The notes: generated by a model from the letters alone, not told the origin. Shown: positions 1-13,348, counted from the whole stretch's first letter. The stretch: DNA of 63,179 bases, filler included, from Octopus bimaculoides (GCF_001194135.2; 7 parts of 6 records of this genome joined end to end with filler, not necessarily neighbours in it), one strand, 5' to 3'. Translations and numbers: made by a program.

Positions 1-63
1 CACGGAGAAAAAAAATTGAATAGTGTTCCGTCAACGGTCATATATATATATATATACATATTA

Positions 64-330
64 GGCGCAGGAGTGGCTGTGTGGTAAGTAACTTGCTTAC
101 CAACCACATGGTTCCGGGTTCATTCCCACTGCGTGGCACCTTGGGCAAGTGTCTTCTACTATAGCCTCGGGCCGACCAAAGCCTTGTGAGTGGATTTGGT
201 AGACGGAAACTGAAAGAAGCCCGTCGCATATATGTATAGATATGTATGTGTGTGTATATGTTTGTGTGTCTGTGTTTGTCCCACCAACATCGCTTGACAA
301 CCGATGCTGCTGTGTTTATGTCACACATAC
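64..330 (+). mobile_element. tRNA-derived SINE, 5' part (family A)
   Basis: A-box-like TGGCTGTGTGG (74-84), B-box-like GGTTCATTCCC (117-127), then a body (CCTTGGGCAAGTGTCTTC...GAAAGAAGCCCGTCG) also found in the minus-strand copies at 2004-2280 and 21710-22115. Confidence 0.8.
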
Positions 331-1140
331 ACACATACACACATATACAGTGTATATATGTGTGTGTTTATATATGTGGAGGCGCAATGGCCCAGCGGTT
401 TGGGCAGCGGATTCGCAGTCATAGGATGACGGTCTCAGAGATTTAAAGATAGCAAATTTATTCTGTCCAGTTACCTACCTATCGGCATAGGGATCATTGG
501 CAAACTCCAGAGGTGACACTTTCATTTCCCCTTCGCCCTCACGTCACACAGCTGTTAATGTTTATTTGAGTTGGGTCACACCCTTCCAATTGCTATAGAT
601 CCGTAATGCATCTTACGGCTGTGCCGGTCACCTGTATGGTGAGGAATCCTACATTGGGGAGTGGTAACGACTAGAGTAGGGTAGCTGACTGCTTATTGTG
701 ATCATTCGTCTTTTGGTTTCCTCTAACTTTTAGAAACCCAGTGAACATTCATATATTTCCGATTTCAAAGAAATTTGAACAATAGATATAAGACACAAGT
801 TAAAAAAGATTCCCAACAATTCAACTTCTCTGTTTGACTTTAAGATCCCCTCCCCAATAGGGGCCTTAACTCCCACATTTTAGAGCTCCATGTGTTCCAA
901 TTTTCAGGAGCAAAAACCTTCAGAATAGGTTTCATAAGATATGGATTTTGGAATCTGAGCAAAAAGATGAGTAGTATGGGATAAATATGTCATGATTAGA
1001 ATTTTTGTTAGGGTCTGTAAAGAGGGAAAGAACCCTCATTAAAATTCTTAATCTGCAATTTTCATGAAATTCGAATCATAGGTATTCCAATTCATTAGGG
1101 AAAATATAAAAGAAAAGTCTAATTCTTCAATTCCATGTGA

Positions 1141-1165
1141 CCCTGGCAACGCCGGGTACCTCTAA

Positions 1166-1169
<4 letters not shown>
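1141..1169 (+). mobile_element. Helitron-like 3' terminus
   Basis: GC hairpin CCCTGGC-AAC-GCCGGG followed 8 nt later by ATAG|T (degenerate CTAG|T); similar to the end at 42751-42777. 5' end not located. Confidence 0.45.
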
Positions 1170-1204
<35 letters not shown>

Positions 1205-1829
1205 TGTGTGTATGTGTGTGTACATGTACATATATGTGTGTGTGTGTACATATACGTATATATACATATATATCCATTATATGTATACATATATATATAT
1301 TATGTGTGTGTATATATACACACCCACGCACACACACACACGCACACGCTCGCGCAGACACATATGTATGTAATTACAGACACACTCATGTGAAAACAGT
1401 ATGTAAACACAAACACACACGTGTTATATATATATATATTTATATGTATGCATGTGTGTGTGTGTGTGTGTGTGTATACATATTTAATAAATGCAAATCC
1501 CACCCCCACCTTCTGCCTTCACTCCCTCCCTCCGTCCATCCATTACGGAAGGGCGGACACACACCATGTCGTCGGTGTGGCTGAGACTGAAGTTCTGTGT
1601 TAATACCACCACCTCCAAGGTAGTGCGAGGCACTGTTTGGGTTTCGTGGTGAGAGGTAGAAAGCGGTGGGGACAAAATAGGGATTGAAGTGAGTGTAGGG
1701 AAGGGAGCTTCGGGTGGAGTGGAGTGAGGTGGGGCTGAATTGTAGGAAAAAAAAAAAGAACCCTGCTCCCTACTCCGTAAGAGCTTTAAAATAACCAAAA
1801 CCGCTTTGTTTTGGTTTGGGTGTAAAAGT

Positions 1830-1884
<55 letters not shown>

Positions 1885-1957
1885 GCAGTAATGTTTGACA
1901 AACATGTGTACATAATGAAGAAATCTGAAAACAATGGTGAGTGTACATAAACATATA

Positions 1958-2003
<46 letters not shown>

Positions 2004-2006
<3 letters not shown>

Positions 2007-2198
2007 TCAGTCATTTGACTGCGGCCATGCTGGAGCACCGCCTTTAGTCGAACAAATCGACTCCAGGACTTATTCCTTGTAAGCCTAGTACTTATTCTAT
2101 CGGCCTCCTTTGCCGAATCGCTAAGTTACGGTGATGCAAACACACCAGCATCAGTTGTCAAGCGATGGTGGGGGACAGACACACACACACACATATAA

Positions 2199-2239
<41 letters not shown>

Positions 2240-2280
2240 CGCCAGGCTTCTTTCAGTTTCTGTCCACCAAATCCACTTAC
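2004..2280 (-). mobile_element. SINE family A, 3' two-thirds
   Basis: Reverse complement of the family A body and tail (GGCGGTGCTCCAGCATGGCCGCAGTCAAATGACTGAAAC), with an internal (TG)n. Confidence 0.8.
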
Positions 2281-2779
2281 CCATCAAATAAGGGTACACC
2301 AAGCACGTGCATCATAACCATATGTGTGCAACATGGTGATCTTATATCAAGATTAACAGCGCATGAACTTGCAAGTGGGACTCGGAATTTTTCTTCAGGC
2401 CGAGTAGCCCATCCTGCTCAAAAGATCCCTGATTAAGGTTTGTTTAAGGATGTTGAGCAAAACATCCATGTTTCCAGAGGTGAATTATTCAAACCCCAAA
2501 GAATTCCTCTCAACACATGGCTATGATGCTCCCCCACTACTTCTGCTCATGATCAGAGATGCACATATTGTCAGCCACCAAGGGACATGCTCAACTGGTT
2601 AAGGTCAAACAATTGACAAGCAAATCTGTGGTGTTGAGCAGAATATTTGCTGTGGCCCATCTTTTATACCAAGGCAAACAATGTACATGATAACATTTCC
2701 AATCAGTTAAAACCAAAAGCTATGTGAACCAGTGCCTGGTACTGCATCAGGGCATTGCCTAGAACTGCATCAGGGCAGC

Positions 2780-2814
<35 letters not shown>

Positions 2815-3093
2815 GTTATGGTTCAGTCTGTGTTCAAATTTAGCGCCGGTTGGCTTTGCCATTCGTCGTTTCGTAATCGATAAAATAAATACCAGTTGTA
2901 ATTTACTAACCTCGTCCCGTCGAATTTCACGCCTTGTGACTTTTATAGGAGAACGGATTATGACGATTATTGTTGTTGTTGTCGATTCTGTTGCTGTTGT
3001 TGTTTATTACTTAATACATAATAAAACGAAAGAAAAATCCCTTTTCCCTAATCCATTATTTATTCTTTTTTTTCTATCTCTTCTCGATTCCAG

Positions 3094-3152
3094 GAGGACA
3101 TTGTCGATGTGAACGAATACAACACACAGGATGTCGAGAGGCATGTGAACAG
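3094..3152 (+). CDS. Candidate internal exon, 59 nt, host gene unidentified
   Basis: Long polypyrimidine tract + CAG acceptor, GTCAGT donor. Two frames are open: (x)GHCRCERIQHTGCREACEQ (phase 1 to 0) or EDIVDVNEYNTQDVERHVN (phase 0 to 2). Confidence 0.45.
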
Positions 3153-3349
3153 GTCAGTACAGTGTTTATCTTATAACGATGTGATCGTAGGAAAGGACAG
3201 CGGAGCTGGACCCACACGTAGGGCCTCCGTCGTTTAATGTTGGCTATGTGTCTGCACGTACTCGTGCAGATCAATCTTTAATCCTTTATTTTCTTTTTTT
3301 ACTTGTTTCAGTCATTAAACAGTGGCTATGCTGGCATTTGTGATGTAAT

Positions 3350-3880
3350 GGCGGTCAGTGATTTTGCGTGAGACAAATCGTCTGCTTTTTAGCGGTCTGT
3401 CATATAAGCTTTATCGATGCATTCCAGACTTGTTTTCCCTCCCCAAAACTCTTGGCAAATGCATTGCAATTGGAAACGAGCAGAGAACTTTGCCAGCCAT
3501 GTATGCCGGGGGTGTTGGCAGTGCTGAGGAACTGCGCGAAAAATGTACGATTTCCGGCAGGTTTATCCATAACAATCTCTTCCTCATGTGATTCGTCGTA
3601 TAGAAACTTTGATGGGCCTCTGGTCCACTTGGATCAATGCAAAGATTTTGTTTTGCTATGGCAACCATCGGTACCTGGCCGCTGTCCTTCGTGGAGCCGA
3701 TCTTGGTTCTATTATCAGAGGCAAGACCGCTTCAATGTTCAACGGTTGTCCGCTCGTTAATCAGAGGAAAGAACTATTTCTCGGAATCCTTCCAATCCTG
3801 CGCTCGGTTCGACGGAGTTGTCCTCTTGTTTTGCTCTTCTATGTTTTGGCTCAAGAACCGTTACTGTAGAAGCAAGAAGT
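3350..3880 (+). mobile_element. L1/Tx1-clade LINE reverse transcriptase fragment, frameshifted
   Basis: Peptides across frames: CTISGRFIHNNLFLM, PLVHLDQCKDF, HRYLAAVLRGADLG, RSVRRSCPLVLLFYVLAQEPLL; these match the L1/Tx1 RT motifs GRSIHDN, LDQxKAFDRV and RQGCPLSPLLYVLALEPLL. Confidence 0.75.
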
Positions 3881-3926
3881 GTTGAAAGGGGTTGAACTGG
3901 GGACACAGCAATGCAATGTATACATA

Positions 3927-3957
<31 letters not shown>

Positions 3958-4218
3958 GTGTGTGTGTGTGTGTATGTGTGTGTGTGTATGTATGTGTGTG
4001 TGTATGTATATATATGTNNNNNNNNNNNNNNNNNNNNNNNNNNNNNNNNNNNNNNNNNNNNNNNNNNNNNNNNNNNNNNNNNNNNNNNNNNNNNNNNNNN
4101 NNNNNNNNNNNNNNNNNNNNNNNNNNNNNNNNNNNNNNNNNNNNNNNNNNNNNNNNNNNNNNNNNNNNNNNNNNNNNNNNNNNNNNNNNNNNNNNNNNNN
4201 NNNNNNNNNNNNNNNNNN

Positions 4219-4297
<79 letters not shown>

Positions 4298-6911
4298 TAC
4301 GTCACATATAAAACATACATACGTGTATTTATGTTTCAATATAGAATTTGCACTAAAATGGCACAAACTCAAGATTTGACATACAAAAAACATTATTAAA
4401 TGTTCCGTACACTTTTGTGAGTGCGTGCAAACGCTAATGCGTGTTTGTGTGTGTGTGCGTGCGTGAGCGTGTGTGTGTGTTTGGCGCGTAGGAGGGGCTG
4501 TCAGTAATGAGTAAACTTGAACCAACGTCCATTTGTAAATACGAGCCAGAAGGGATTTAATGAAGTCCTTATGTATTTCAAGATCGGCACCCATACGCCG
4601 ACTCATACACACGTGCGCGTGCATGTGTTCAGGCATACATAACTGTACACACATGGACATATATATATATATATATATATATATGCATACATACGTACAT
4701 GTATACATACATATAATTTTTTTTACACACGTAAGGCCAGGTCACTGAGTACAGTTTTTTTTTATACCCTCTACTTTTGTCATATTTTTTTTGTACTAAA
4801 TATATATAAAGGGCGGTGCTCCAGCATGGCTGCAGTCAAACGAAAAGAAAATACATACAGACACGAGCGCACGCACAAATACATGTGTGTGCGTGTATGT
4901 ATATATATATATATATANNNNNNNNNNNNNNNNNNNNNNNNNNNNNNNNNNNNNNNNNNNNTTAATTAATTAANNNNNNNNNNNNNNNNNNNNNNNNNNN
5001 NNNNNNNNNNNNNNNNNCATACATATATATATATATATATATACATATATATATACATGTATATATATGCATATATATTTATATATAGGGGGGGGGGTTA
5101 TAAAAGTACACATGCATGTGAGTGTGTTTTCAGAGTATGATGTAAACGTGGGCAAGATTAATGAGGCGGTGTCGTTCTGCTTTGTCCCTCTCATTATCAC
5201 ATAAGCTACAAACCGTTGCTTAACAGGATGAAAACCAGTCACCATCGGAGACACATCTCTTTACAGTTTGCCATATAAGAATTCGCCAGTAATAAATTGA
5301 AATAGAAATATCTTTACCTCTGTTTTTTTTTTTTTTTTTACTGTATCATACAAACATTACTTCATGTTCCCTCTCTATCCCGCTGTAATTGTGCCTACCC
5401 TTTCGTGTATGTGTAATAGATATATTTACTTATATAGAAATACAAATATATACGCATGAACCATACCTGAATATATGCGTGTGTGTGCGTCGGTAATACA
5501 CATAGATACGTTTCCACATACGCATATATAGACATATGTTTTTATGGTCTACATATGCATAGTCACATGCATTTTTATAAACATAAAAGTACCTATATAC
5601 ACAGATGTTCAGATTAATTCAGACTCGTATCTATTTTGTAGTGATCCAATTGATAAATAAGCCAGTGATTTAGGAGTCAATAATATGTTTTGTCAGTTCA
5701 ATAGATTTGAAGTTAACATTGACAAAGGACTATTTAAGCTATTACTTTTGCTCTTCACAGAGACACAGCTTCCCGCGGAACTTTCATCTTTATAGAACTC
5801 GTGTATGGGAAATATTTTATATCGTTCCTGCATGTCGTCATTGGAAGGAAAATAATAGATGTATATTAATAAGTATTTTTGTTTCATATTTATATTAACA
5901 CAGGTACATACACACGCACACATACACACATACACACACACACTCATACAAACACGCACACAAACACACGCATACGAACACACACGTTTACGTACACATA
6001 TACACACGCCTATACACGCATTTCTATACGAATGAATGATCTTTGACGGCTGCTATGGATGGTCTAAATATCTACTCAAAATATTTCTGTTTAAGGTGCC
6101 GACTGAGCTAAAGTGTTTTGGAAAGAGTAGCGGTTGTCTAAGAACGTAACTATTCCTTCTTTATTCTATCGATAGCAGCATCCAATGGAAATGGCAAAGT
6201 GGACACAACTTGGCGCTAGCATCTTCACTGTTATTAACTTGACAATACCAAGAGACGTAAGAGATATCACGGCCTCCTGTTTGATACTTCACTGACTCCA
6301 GCAATTGCTTCTCCGAGACTGAAAATATACTTAACGACCTGGACAGGTTGAAAGGCAGATCGAGTCCCTTCTCAATTATACCAACTGCCACTTAATAAGT
6401 GTCTCAGAAAAATGAAAATATGCTTTGTCGGACCCATGTTTGATTTAGGACATACAAATTGATTCTAATTATTGAAAAACAATCTCAATATCCCCTGCAA
6501 TAGAGACTTTCGGAGGGATTTTCTCTATTGCGGCATGACAACAGTTTTCTTTTCTGCAGTATGGTAATGTATTTATTAAGCCGACTACTATTCATATCAC
6601 GTGTTCACGGTACCGCTCTTCTATTAAAACAGCTGAGATGTGAGATGTCACAGGAACTGCTAGATGCTCAGTAAATAAATATTCACTGCTTTCCGTTATA
6701 TAATATTATCCAGAATTCATTCTCTTTACCTATTTTAAATAGAAGTTGGGCATAGACACAAATTTCTACTAACAAATTGGCCACTGCCAATGAATAAAGG
6801 CATCTATCAAGTGGTTTAAGTTGTACTTCGTAAAATCCGTGATTGTCTAACTTGCCTCAGACATACGGACACAACACGTATATATATATATATATATATA
6901 TNNNNNNNNNN

Positions 6912-7315
6912 CAGGTGTCCTCGGGGAAATTTCGAACCTGGGTTCTCATTCCTAACGATGTTACTATTATTATATTATTATTATTATTACTATTATTAAT
7001 CAGCTCGCTGCCGTGGATCGAACTCGGAATCTTGGGGTTAGTAGTCCGCGCTCTTAACCACTACGCCATATACCCGATGTGGTTAAGAGCGCGGGCTACT
7101 AACTCCTAGATTCCGAGTTCGATTGACGGCAGCGACCTGATTTATAATAGTAATAATAATAATAATATAATAATAGTAACATCGCTAGGAATGAGAACCC
7201 AGGTTTGAAATTTCCCCAAGACACCTGACGAAGGCTGGAGGGTATATCAGCCGAAAGGTTGTGTTAACAACAAACAAGATGAGGACAAATATCCATCAAA
7301 TGTAAATAATGTAAA
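6912..7315. mobile_element. Head-to-head pair of tRNA-headed SINE-like elements (family B)
   Basis: 6912-7076 (minus) and 7078-7315 (plus) are inverted copies: tRNA-like head TGGTTAAGAGCGCGGGCTACTAAC...GAGTTCGAT, (TAA)n, then GGAATGAGAACCCAGGTT...AAATTTCCCCAAGACACCTG. Confidence 0.8.
7221..7265 (+). ncRNA. Minimal type I hammerhead-ribozyme-like motif
   Basis: ACAC-CTGACGA-A-GGCTG-gagggtatat-CAGCC-GAAA-GGTT-GTGT: stem I ACAC/GTGT, 5-bp stem II, intact core; stem III imperfect (G where C is expected). Confidence 0.6.
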
Positions 7316-7317
7316 TA

Positions 7318-7384
<67 letters not shown>

Positions 7385-8899
7385 TACGTAAGTGCACGTA
7401 TGAATGTGTGCGCGCGCGCGTGTGTGAGTAATAATAATTTTATTGGTGTATGTAACTTACGCGTTTACCGTATTAAGCTCTTCTATCTGTGGGCTGAAAA
7501 TCGTTTGTCTATCACGCAAATATTTGAAAGTTCACAAGTCTCCCATAAAATGTAGAAAGGATGGAATGAACAAGTCATTTTATTACTTCAAAGTACAATT
7601 GTTTCGTCTTAATTCAAAACAATTAATCTCGCAGTATCATGTAATGGTTTATGCAACTGCTGATTACTTTCCATATGCCATTCTGTTTAACCCGAATAAG
7701 ATTCTTCAGAACTGCATAAAAGATGACATTCTGAACGAACTTAAAGATTATGGAATATATACATTTGGATTTGGCGTGTTCACATGATCAGATTTATATA
7801 ATACAAACGAGTCAGTGCCGAGAATTTAATTGCTCAAAGAAAACATTTTTTTTAGTACAGGTGCGATAATTATCAGCTGGTTGTCATGTCTGATACCGGC
7901 AACAAAATTTAATAATCCATTTTTTCAACAAATTATGTAAAGGTTTAAATGACCCTATAGATTGCATTCCGTTATTAAACATTGATAAAATAATATAAAT
8001 CCAGTTTTCAGTTTGAGAGTGCTGAATTTATTTTACAGAAATTAAGGGCTATTTTTATGAAATCATCAGCAAATTTGCACACAATCCTCGTTCTCACCCA
8101 TTTCTATAACGTGGACTTCGCTTTAGAAGCAAGATCTTCTCAATCTGTTCGCTAAACTGTCATATTTCCGCCTTGTAGATATAGACTTCCTCCATTCTGT
8201 TTTTATATAAATTTGTCTAAAAGCAACAAATATATTCAACAACAAGAAGGTAAAAAAAAACTGTTGATAGATATCCTACGAATGTTCGGATTTTAAGAGT
8301 ATGCTTTGAAGTAGACTTGATCCACGTGCAGATCTTCAAGGGTGCTTCATGAAGTCTGTTCTGTTAAGTATTTAGGCGAGTTTCTGGTATAAAGTTACAT
8401 TGTTCCTCCCTCACGTTGACACTATTTGAAAGATGAGTGCCACCACCATTCTATCTCTGACTCAGAAAATAACTTAATGTCTTGGATTCAGCAGATTTAT
8501 TTAATCGATTGGCTTTCATTAAACAAAATTGTGTTGAAGAAACTATTGAAACTTAGGTCATGTTAATGTAATGAGGAACAATTTAATTAACTAAGAATAA
8601 TTAAGTAATAATGCAGAGAAAAAAACTTTAATGCAATTACCAATATTAATTTATCTTGATAAATAAGTGATATCTACTATTATTGAACTTGTGATTTGTC
8701 TTTTTCACAGAAATTAGGGTCCCATAACGATAGAGGTGGAAATATGTAAGGTTTTACTGTGGATGCCTTTTTCAAGATGTGACAATTGCTCTAACGATGC
8801 CAGATGATTACATCTTCGACGATACACACACACAAACACACTTGTGTGTGTGCTTGTAACTGCGTGTGTTTGCGTGTGAACACCGACGTTGTTTCACAG

Positions 8900-8992
8900 G
8901 GAAGTGAGACGGTGTCGATGACTAAACAAGAAGTCAATGGCTCATATACACATGGAAAACACGGCCCTCTCGCTGGCCCAGTACACCTGGCC
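8900..8992 (+). CDS. Candidate internal exon, 93 nt, phase 0-0
   Basis: Acceptor GTTGTTTCACAG, consensus donor GTAAGT; only frame 0 is open: GSETVSMTKQEVNGSYTHGKHGPLAGPVHLA. No homology recognised. Confidence 0.45.
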
Positions 8993-9216
8993 GTAAGTAG
9001 CTACACCAAGTTGTATTGCTTTACCACATTAAACACATTCTCTATCATTTCACTTTGACCAAGTGTTGAAATGGTCTGCAGTAACATGTAAAATCCTTTT
9101 GAAAGAGGAAAGATACAGTGAGTTGCTTAGCAACTCAAATGCCCAGCACGGTAATGTCACCGAGGCAAATAAACGTTAGATCACATAACTGCGTGCTCCT
9201 GAAGGTGTTGTCTTAC

Positions 9217-9319
9217 AGAGGTCAAAAGGACTGGAATATATGACCCAGTGCATTTGAAAGTTTGTTGCTGTAGCAGAGTAATCAACAACCTCGAAGATAT
9301 GGCTGTGTCCTCTTGAAAT
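9217..9319 (-). CDS. Candidate internal exon, 103 nt, minus strand
   Basis: Acceptor TTACTTTACTAACAG, donor GTAAGA; two frames open (ISRGHSHIFEVVDYSATATNFQMHWVIYSSPFDL or FQEDTAISSRLLITLLQQQTFKCTGSYIPVLLTS). No homology recognised. Confidence 0.3.
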
Positions 9320-10502
9320 CTGTTAGTAAAGTAATATAATACATCCATCAGAGCGTATGCCACATAGAAAACGATAATTTCCTGAGTAATTGACTTAATG
9401 CTTATGGTTCAATTCCAAACTACGGAAGGTCTAAAAGACAGATCAGCTTTCCGTTTATTTAAACTCTACACTTCCGAATGTAGATGTTGCTATGCAATAA
9501 TGAAATTCACAATGAAACCACAGTGTTCGCAGTTCGATCCCGCTGCAAGGTACGTCCGACATATATACGTCATCGCCATGGTTCGGCGAAATCTTTGTGA
9601 GTGGAATTCTGTCCATGGTATCCTGTCGAAAGAATGTAGCCCATCCCTCGATTTAGTACGTCCATCACGGCTCCTATTAACATTATGGAAATCACTTCCT
9701 TTTTTCTACCAATAATTCGATAGACCCTGAAAAACGCTTCCCTATCACATCTTCATTAATCCAAAGAAAATAAAAGAAAATTGATACCGTTAGAAAGCAC
9801 AAACGTTCATTGTTTTGGATACTTTACAAATTTTTTTAAATTGTGGTTTTACACCAAGCTTTCTTTTCCTATTATTTTCTCATCTTCTTTCATTTAAATA
9901 GTTCACTCTTGCAAAGTTTAATGATTCTGTGCAAGCTCTACAATAAAGATAAACCATTTATTTCTAAAGAGTTTATATTTTCTTTTTAATTTCGAAGTTC
10001 TGCAAAGTATTAATAAACAATTATTATTATTTTTTTGACTGACTTCTTTGCTTTGAGAGAATTTATCTATTTAGGTTCTTGATAGTGGAAAATTTAATTA
10101 AAATTCACCACTCTTCGCTCTTACTTATAATTTACAGAGACTCTTCAATACATACATCTCTGTATAATTGTATTTATATTGTATATTTATCATTGGAATT
10201 AGATTAGTTTTTATGGCCAAATTAAGATTGGACATTAAATATTTGTTTAGATTTTCAACCGGAGTGTTTTTGTGCAGTTATACAATGCCGATGCTGACGT
10301 CATTAAGACCTTGCAGCTTACAGTAATTGCTGCACAAAAGTGAATTAATGATGTGGTGTAAATTGCACGAAAATGACAACAGTGACAATGTTTTCGATTC
10401 TAACGGAGGAACTTAATTTGGTACACATGCATTTATAAGTGTGTAATATCTCTATATAATTATAACGAATATATGATTTCTCCAGTAAAGCCTCAAATTG
10501 TC

Positions 10503-10506
<4 letters not shown>

Positions 10507-10583
<77 letters not shown>

Positions 10584-10710
10584 AAAGAGAGAGAGGAAGA
10601 GAGAGAGGGGAAGAGAGAGAAAGAGGAAGAGAGAGGAAGAGAAAGCGAGAGGAAGAGAGAGGGGAAGGGAGAGAGGAAGAGAAGAGAGAGAGAGAGAGGA
10701 AGAGAGAGAA
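10507..10710 (+). repeat. (GA)n microsatellite and polypurine tract
   Basis: Pure GA run of about 70 bp followed by degenerate purine-rich sequence. Confidence 0.95.
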
Positions 10711-10855
10711 ACTTAAAAAAGATACTGAGAGAGTTAATATGAAATGCAGGATTAGCGCACATAACAGGATTTGTGGACAATGAATAAAGGAAAACCACAC
10801 AGACAGTCAGTCAGACAGACAGACAGTCAGACAGACAGAAAGACAGACAGACACT

Positions 10856-10895
<40 letters not shown>

Positions 10896-11559
10896 GAATC
10901 ACAGAGATAGAGCAAGAGGAGAGGGAGTAAATAACAGTATTTATTTTATGCAAATGAGAAATTTGTCTTATCTAATTTTATTTTAAGGTAGCAAATAGTT
11001 TTCTTCGCTTGGAAAATAGTGTTCATAACATCACCTGATATAAGTTCCTAGAAACTTGTTAAATTATAGTTAACGTGTCTGTCTGTCTGTCATATTATCC
11101 ATGACTGTGAAAGTATACTTTCAAGCGTAGCCGTCACGTGACGGGTAACACTCGAGTCAACTCATATGCTCTAAAGTATTCAATCTAGTGGGAGGTAATT
11201 ATCAATTTCATACACAAAGCTCTAATGATGGTTTCCTGATTCATAATATTTTAACTAGGCATATTTATGAAATACATCATTTATCTCCAAGTAATCTTTC
11301 AGGGTCTGTTTATGCATTAAAGATATTTTTAAAACAAGTACGCTGGACAGTGAGAAGATAAGGATATAGTTGAAAAGACGCGAAGAAGGTTGATGCAAGG
11401 CAAAGGAATGAGACAAAAAGAAACAAAAGCAAGAAAACTCTGATCACCATCCTGCTTCGTTGAAGAATTAATATAGCTGATACAGAACAAAAATAACACA
11501 AAATATGTCAAAGTCTGCAGAACAGTAACCCGGAACGTGTGATGTCCTCTAATTCGATG

Positions 11560-13230
11560 AAAGAAATCTGTCCATGTGCTTACAGCTAAAAATTATAGAT
11601 CTGGAATTAAACAGTGTGTTGGAAGTCTTAGATCTAAAAAGAATAAGAACTCTTTCTGCAACGTATAAGTCGCATTTCTTAGATCCATCAATACATGACT
11701 TTGCTTTCTCCACGATTCTCTACTTGGTTAAATGTGGTGTGGAGCTGCTCTCCAAATTCTATACGTGGTTAGGCAACTGACTTGCATTACATTCGCCGAC
11801 GTGGTTTGTATAACGTTTTTTGAAATCACCTTCACATAACCTGTTGTAATTCTTTTCAATAAATTTATCTTGAAACGATTCTGTTACTTCTGCCTCGTGT
11901 ATGATGGAGTTTATAATACACGCCTGGTCAAGTGGGCAAACATCAGTGTTTCGTCATTTAAAAATGGGAGTGGGTGCTTGGTGATTCTTCACATTGGGGG
12001 CAGCAGCTTTATGATATTTTAATTATCTTCCTGTATTTGTGGTTTATTGGGAAATGTTAATGTAAAAGAAACAGGAATTTCTTGCCTACGTTAATCTTCA
12101 CCTATAAGGAGAAATAGAGAATGAATCAAATTCTTTTCCTATATCTAATTTTAGGTCTATTTTTCTCATGGACGTTTTTACTTGAAGGGTTGTAATATAT
12201 CATACCTTTTTATCTAGGGCATTGTTAGAGTAGGCAACTACTTTATCAAATATGTGTTCAGAAGAAGATAGACCTGTTATCCTATTAATAATGTTAGCTA
12301 TCAGGCTTTTAATCACTTTAGGAAGTGACGGGACTGTTTATGTGGGTATGAGAGTTTCTCGTTTGCCTTTTGATATGTTTTATAAAGGCAGGAGTTTAAA
12401 TAGAGGGATGCATCTACAAAGATCGACTTTTGACAGATTAGGAGTAATTTTGAGGACTAATTGACTAAAAGTATCGATTTTTCCTAAAGTTTTCAAGTGT
12501 CACCATGGCAGCCACGAGATATTCCCAACCCATCGTCTCTGTATAGACCAACATCGTGGGTAGGAAACTTGGATCGCAGTGTAGTTAATATAAAGGGACC
12601 CACAAGATCAGAGATGCCTGCACTGCCATACGATCCTACCGATACATCAAACAACTCAGTTCTATTTTGTTTATTTCTATCTACGTTTTTGTGAAATCAA
12701 TTGCCTTATCAAGCAGTCATCTCGATATAGATTGATAAAAATCTACAATAACAAATTGCGTGAATCTAGTCCTATGCTTCGTTATATTCCTAAACCAATC
12801 TATGACAGAGCTGCAGATATCCAACTGTTGTAGTTTAGATGCCTCTCTAATTCTGATGATAATCTTCTTTAGCACTTCTTTTAGCTACCAAACTCATTTC
12901 AGTTCTTGCCGGGTTTGAAAGTCTACGAATGTGTTTATTACTGAATTTCGGTTTGTGATTTTTAGTGATTCTTGTTTGGCTAAGCATTCTAAGGTATTAT
13001 CAATTTTACGCCGTTTACTGAGGAATTTTGTCTCATTGTTTAGATAAATGTGTCTATCTATACTGGTTTTCCTATATTTAGTAAATATGGCGTTATGTAG
13101 CAATTTATCATATAAATCATTATAAGTCTTATCAGAAAAATACGAATTTGTTTTGAGAACATCTAAAATTTGTAAAATCAGATTTTACTTTAGCTTCAAA
13201 ATGGTTATACACGTAGTTAAGGTATCATAA
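11560..13230 (-). mobile_element. Decayed Penelope-like element (RT + GIY-YIG endonuclease)
   Basis: Minus-strand peptides VGSYGSAGISDLVGPFIL, VGLYRDDGLGIS (YRDD at 12532-12543), FVDASLYLNSCLYKTYQKANE, CPLDQACIINSIIHEAEV and RIVEKAKSCIDGSKKCDLYVAERVLILFRS...FNSRS; multiple stops and frameshifts. Confidence 0.85.
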
Positions 13231-13289
13231 AAGCATAAAAATATTAGTAGTCCGTTCGGTTTTTTTAAATGACACACACGCGTGCACGC

Positions 13290-13348
<59 letters not shown>

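Noticed and set aside
5690-6400. Short open frames with acceptor-like sites at 5.8 kb and 6.2-6.3 kb
   Set aside because: Several mutually exclusive readings on both strands and no homology recognised.
7000-7135. tRNA gene
   Set aside because: Both copies lack a complete acceptor stem and continue into SINE body; they are SINE heads.
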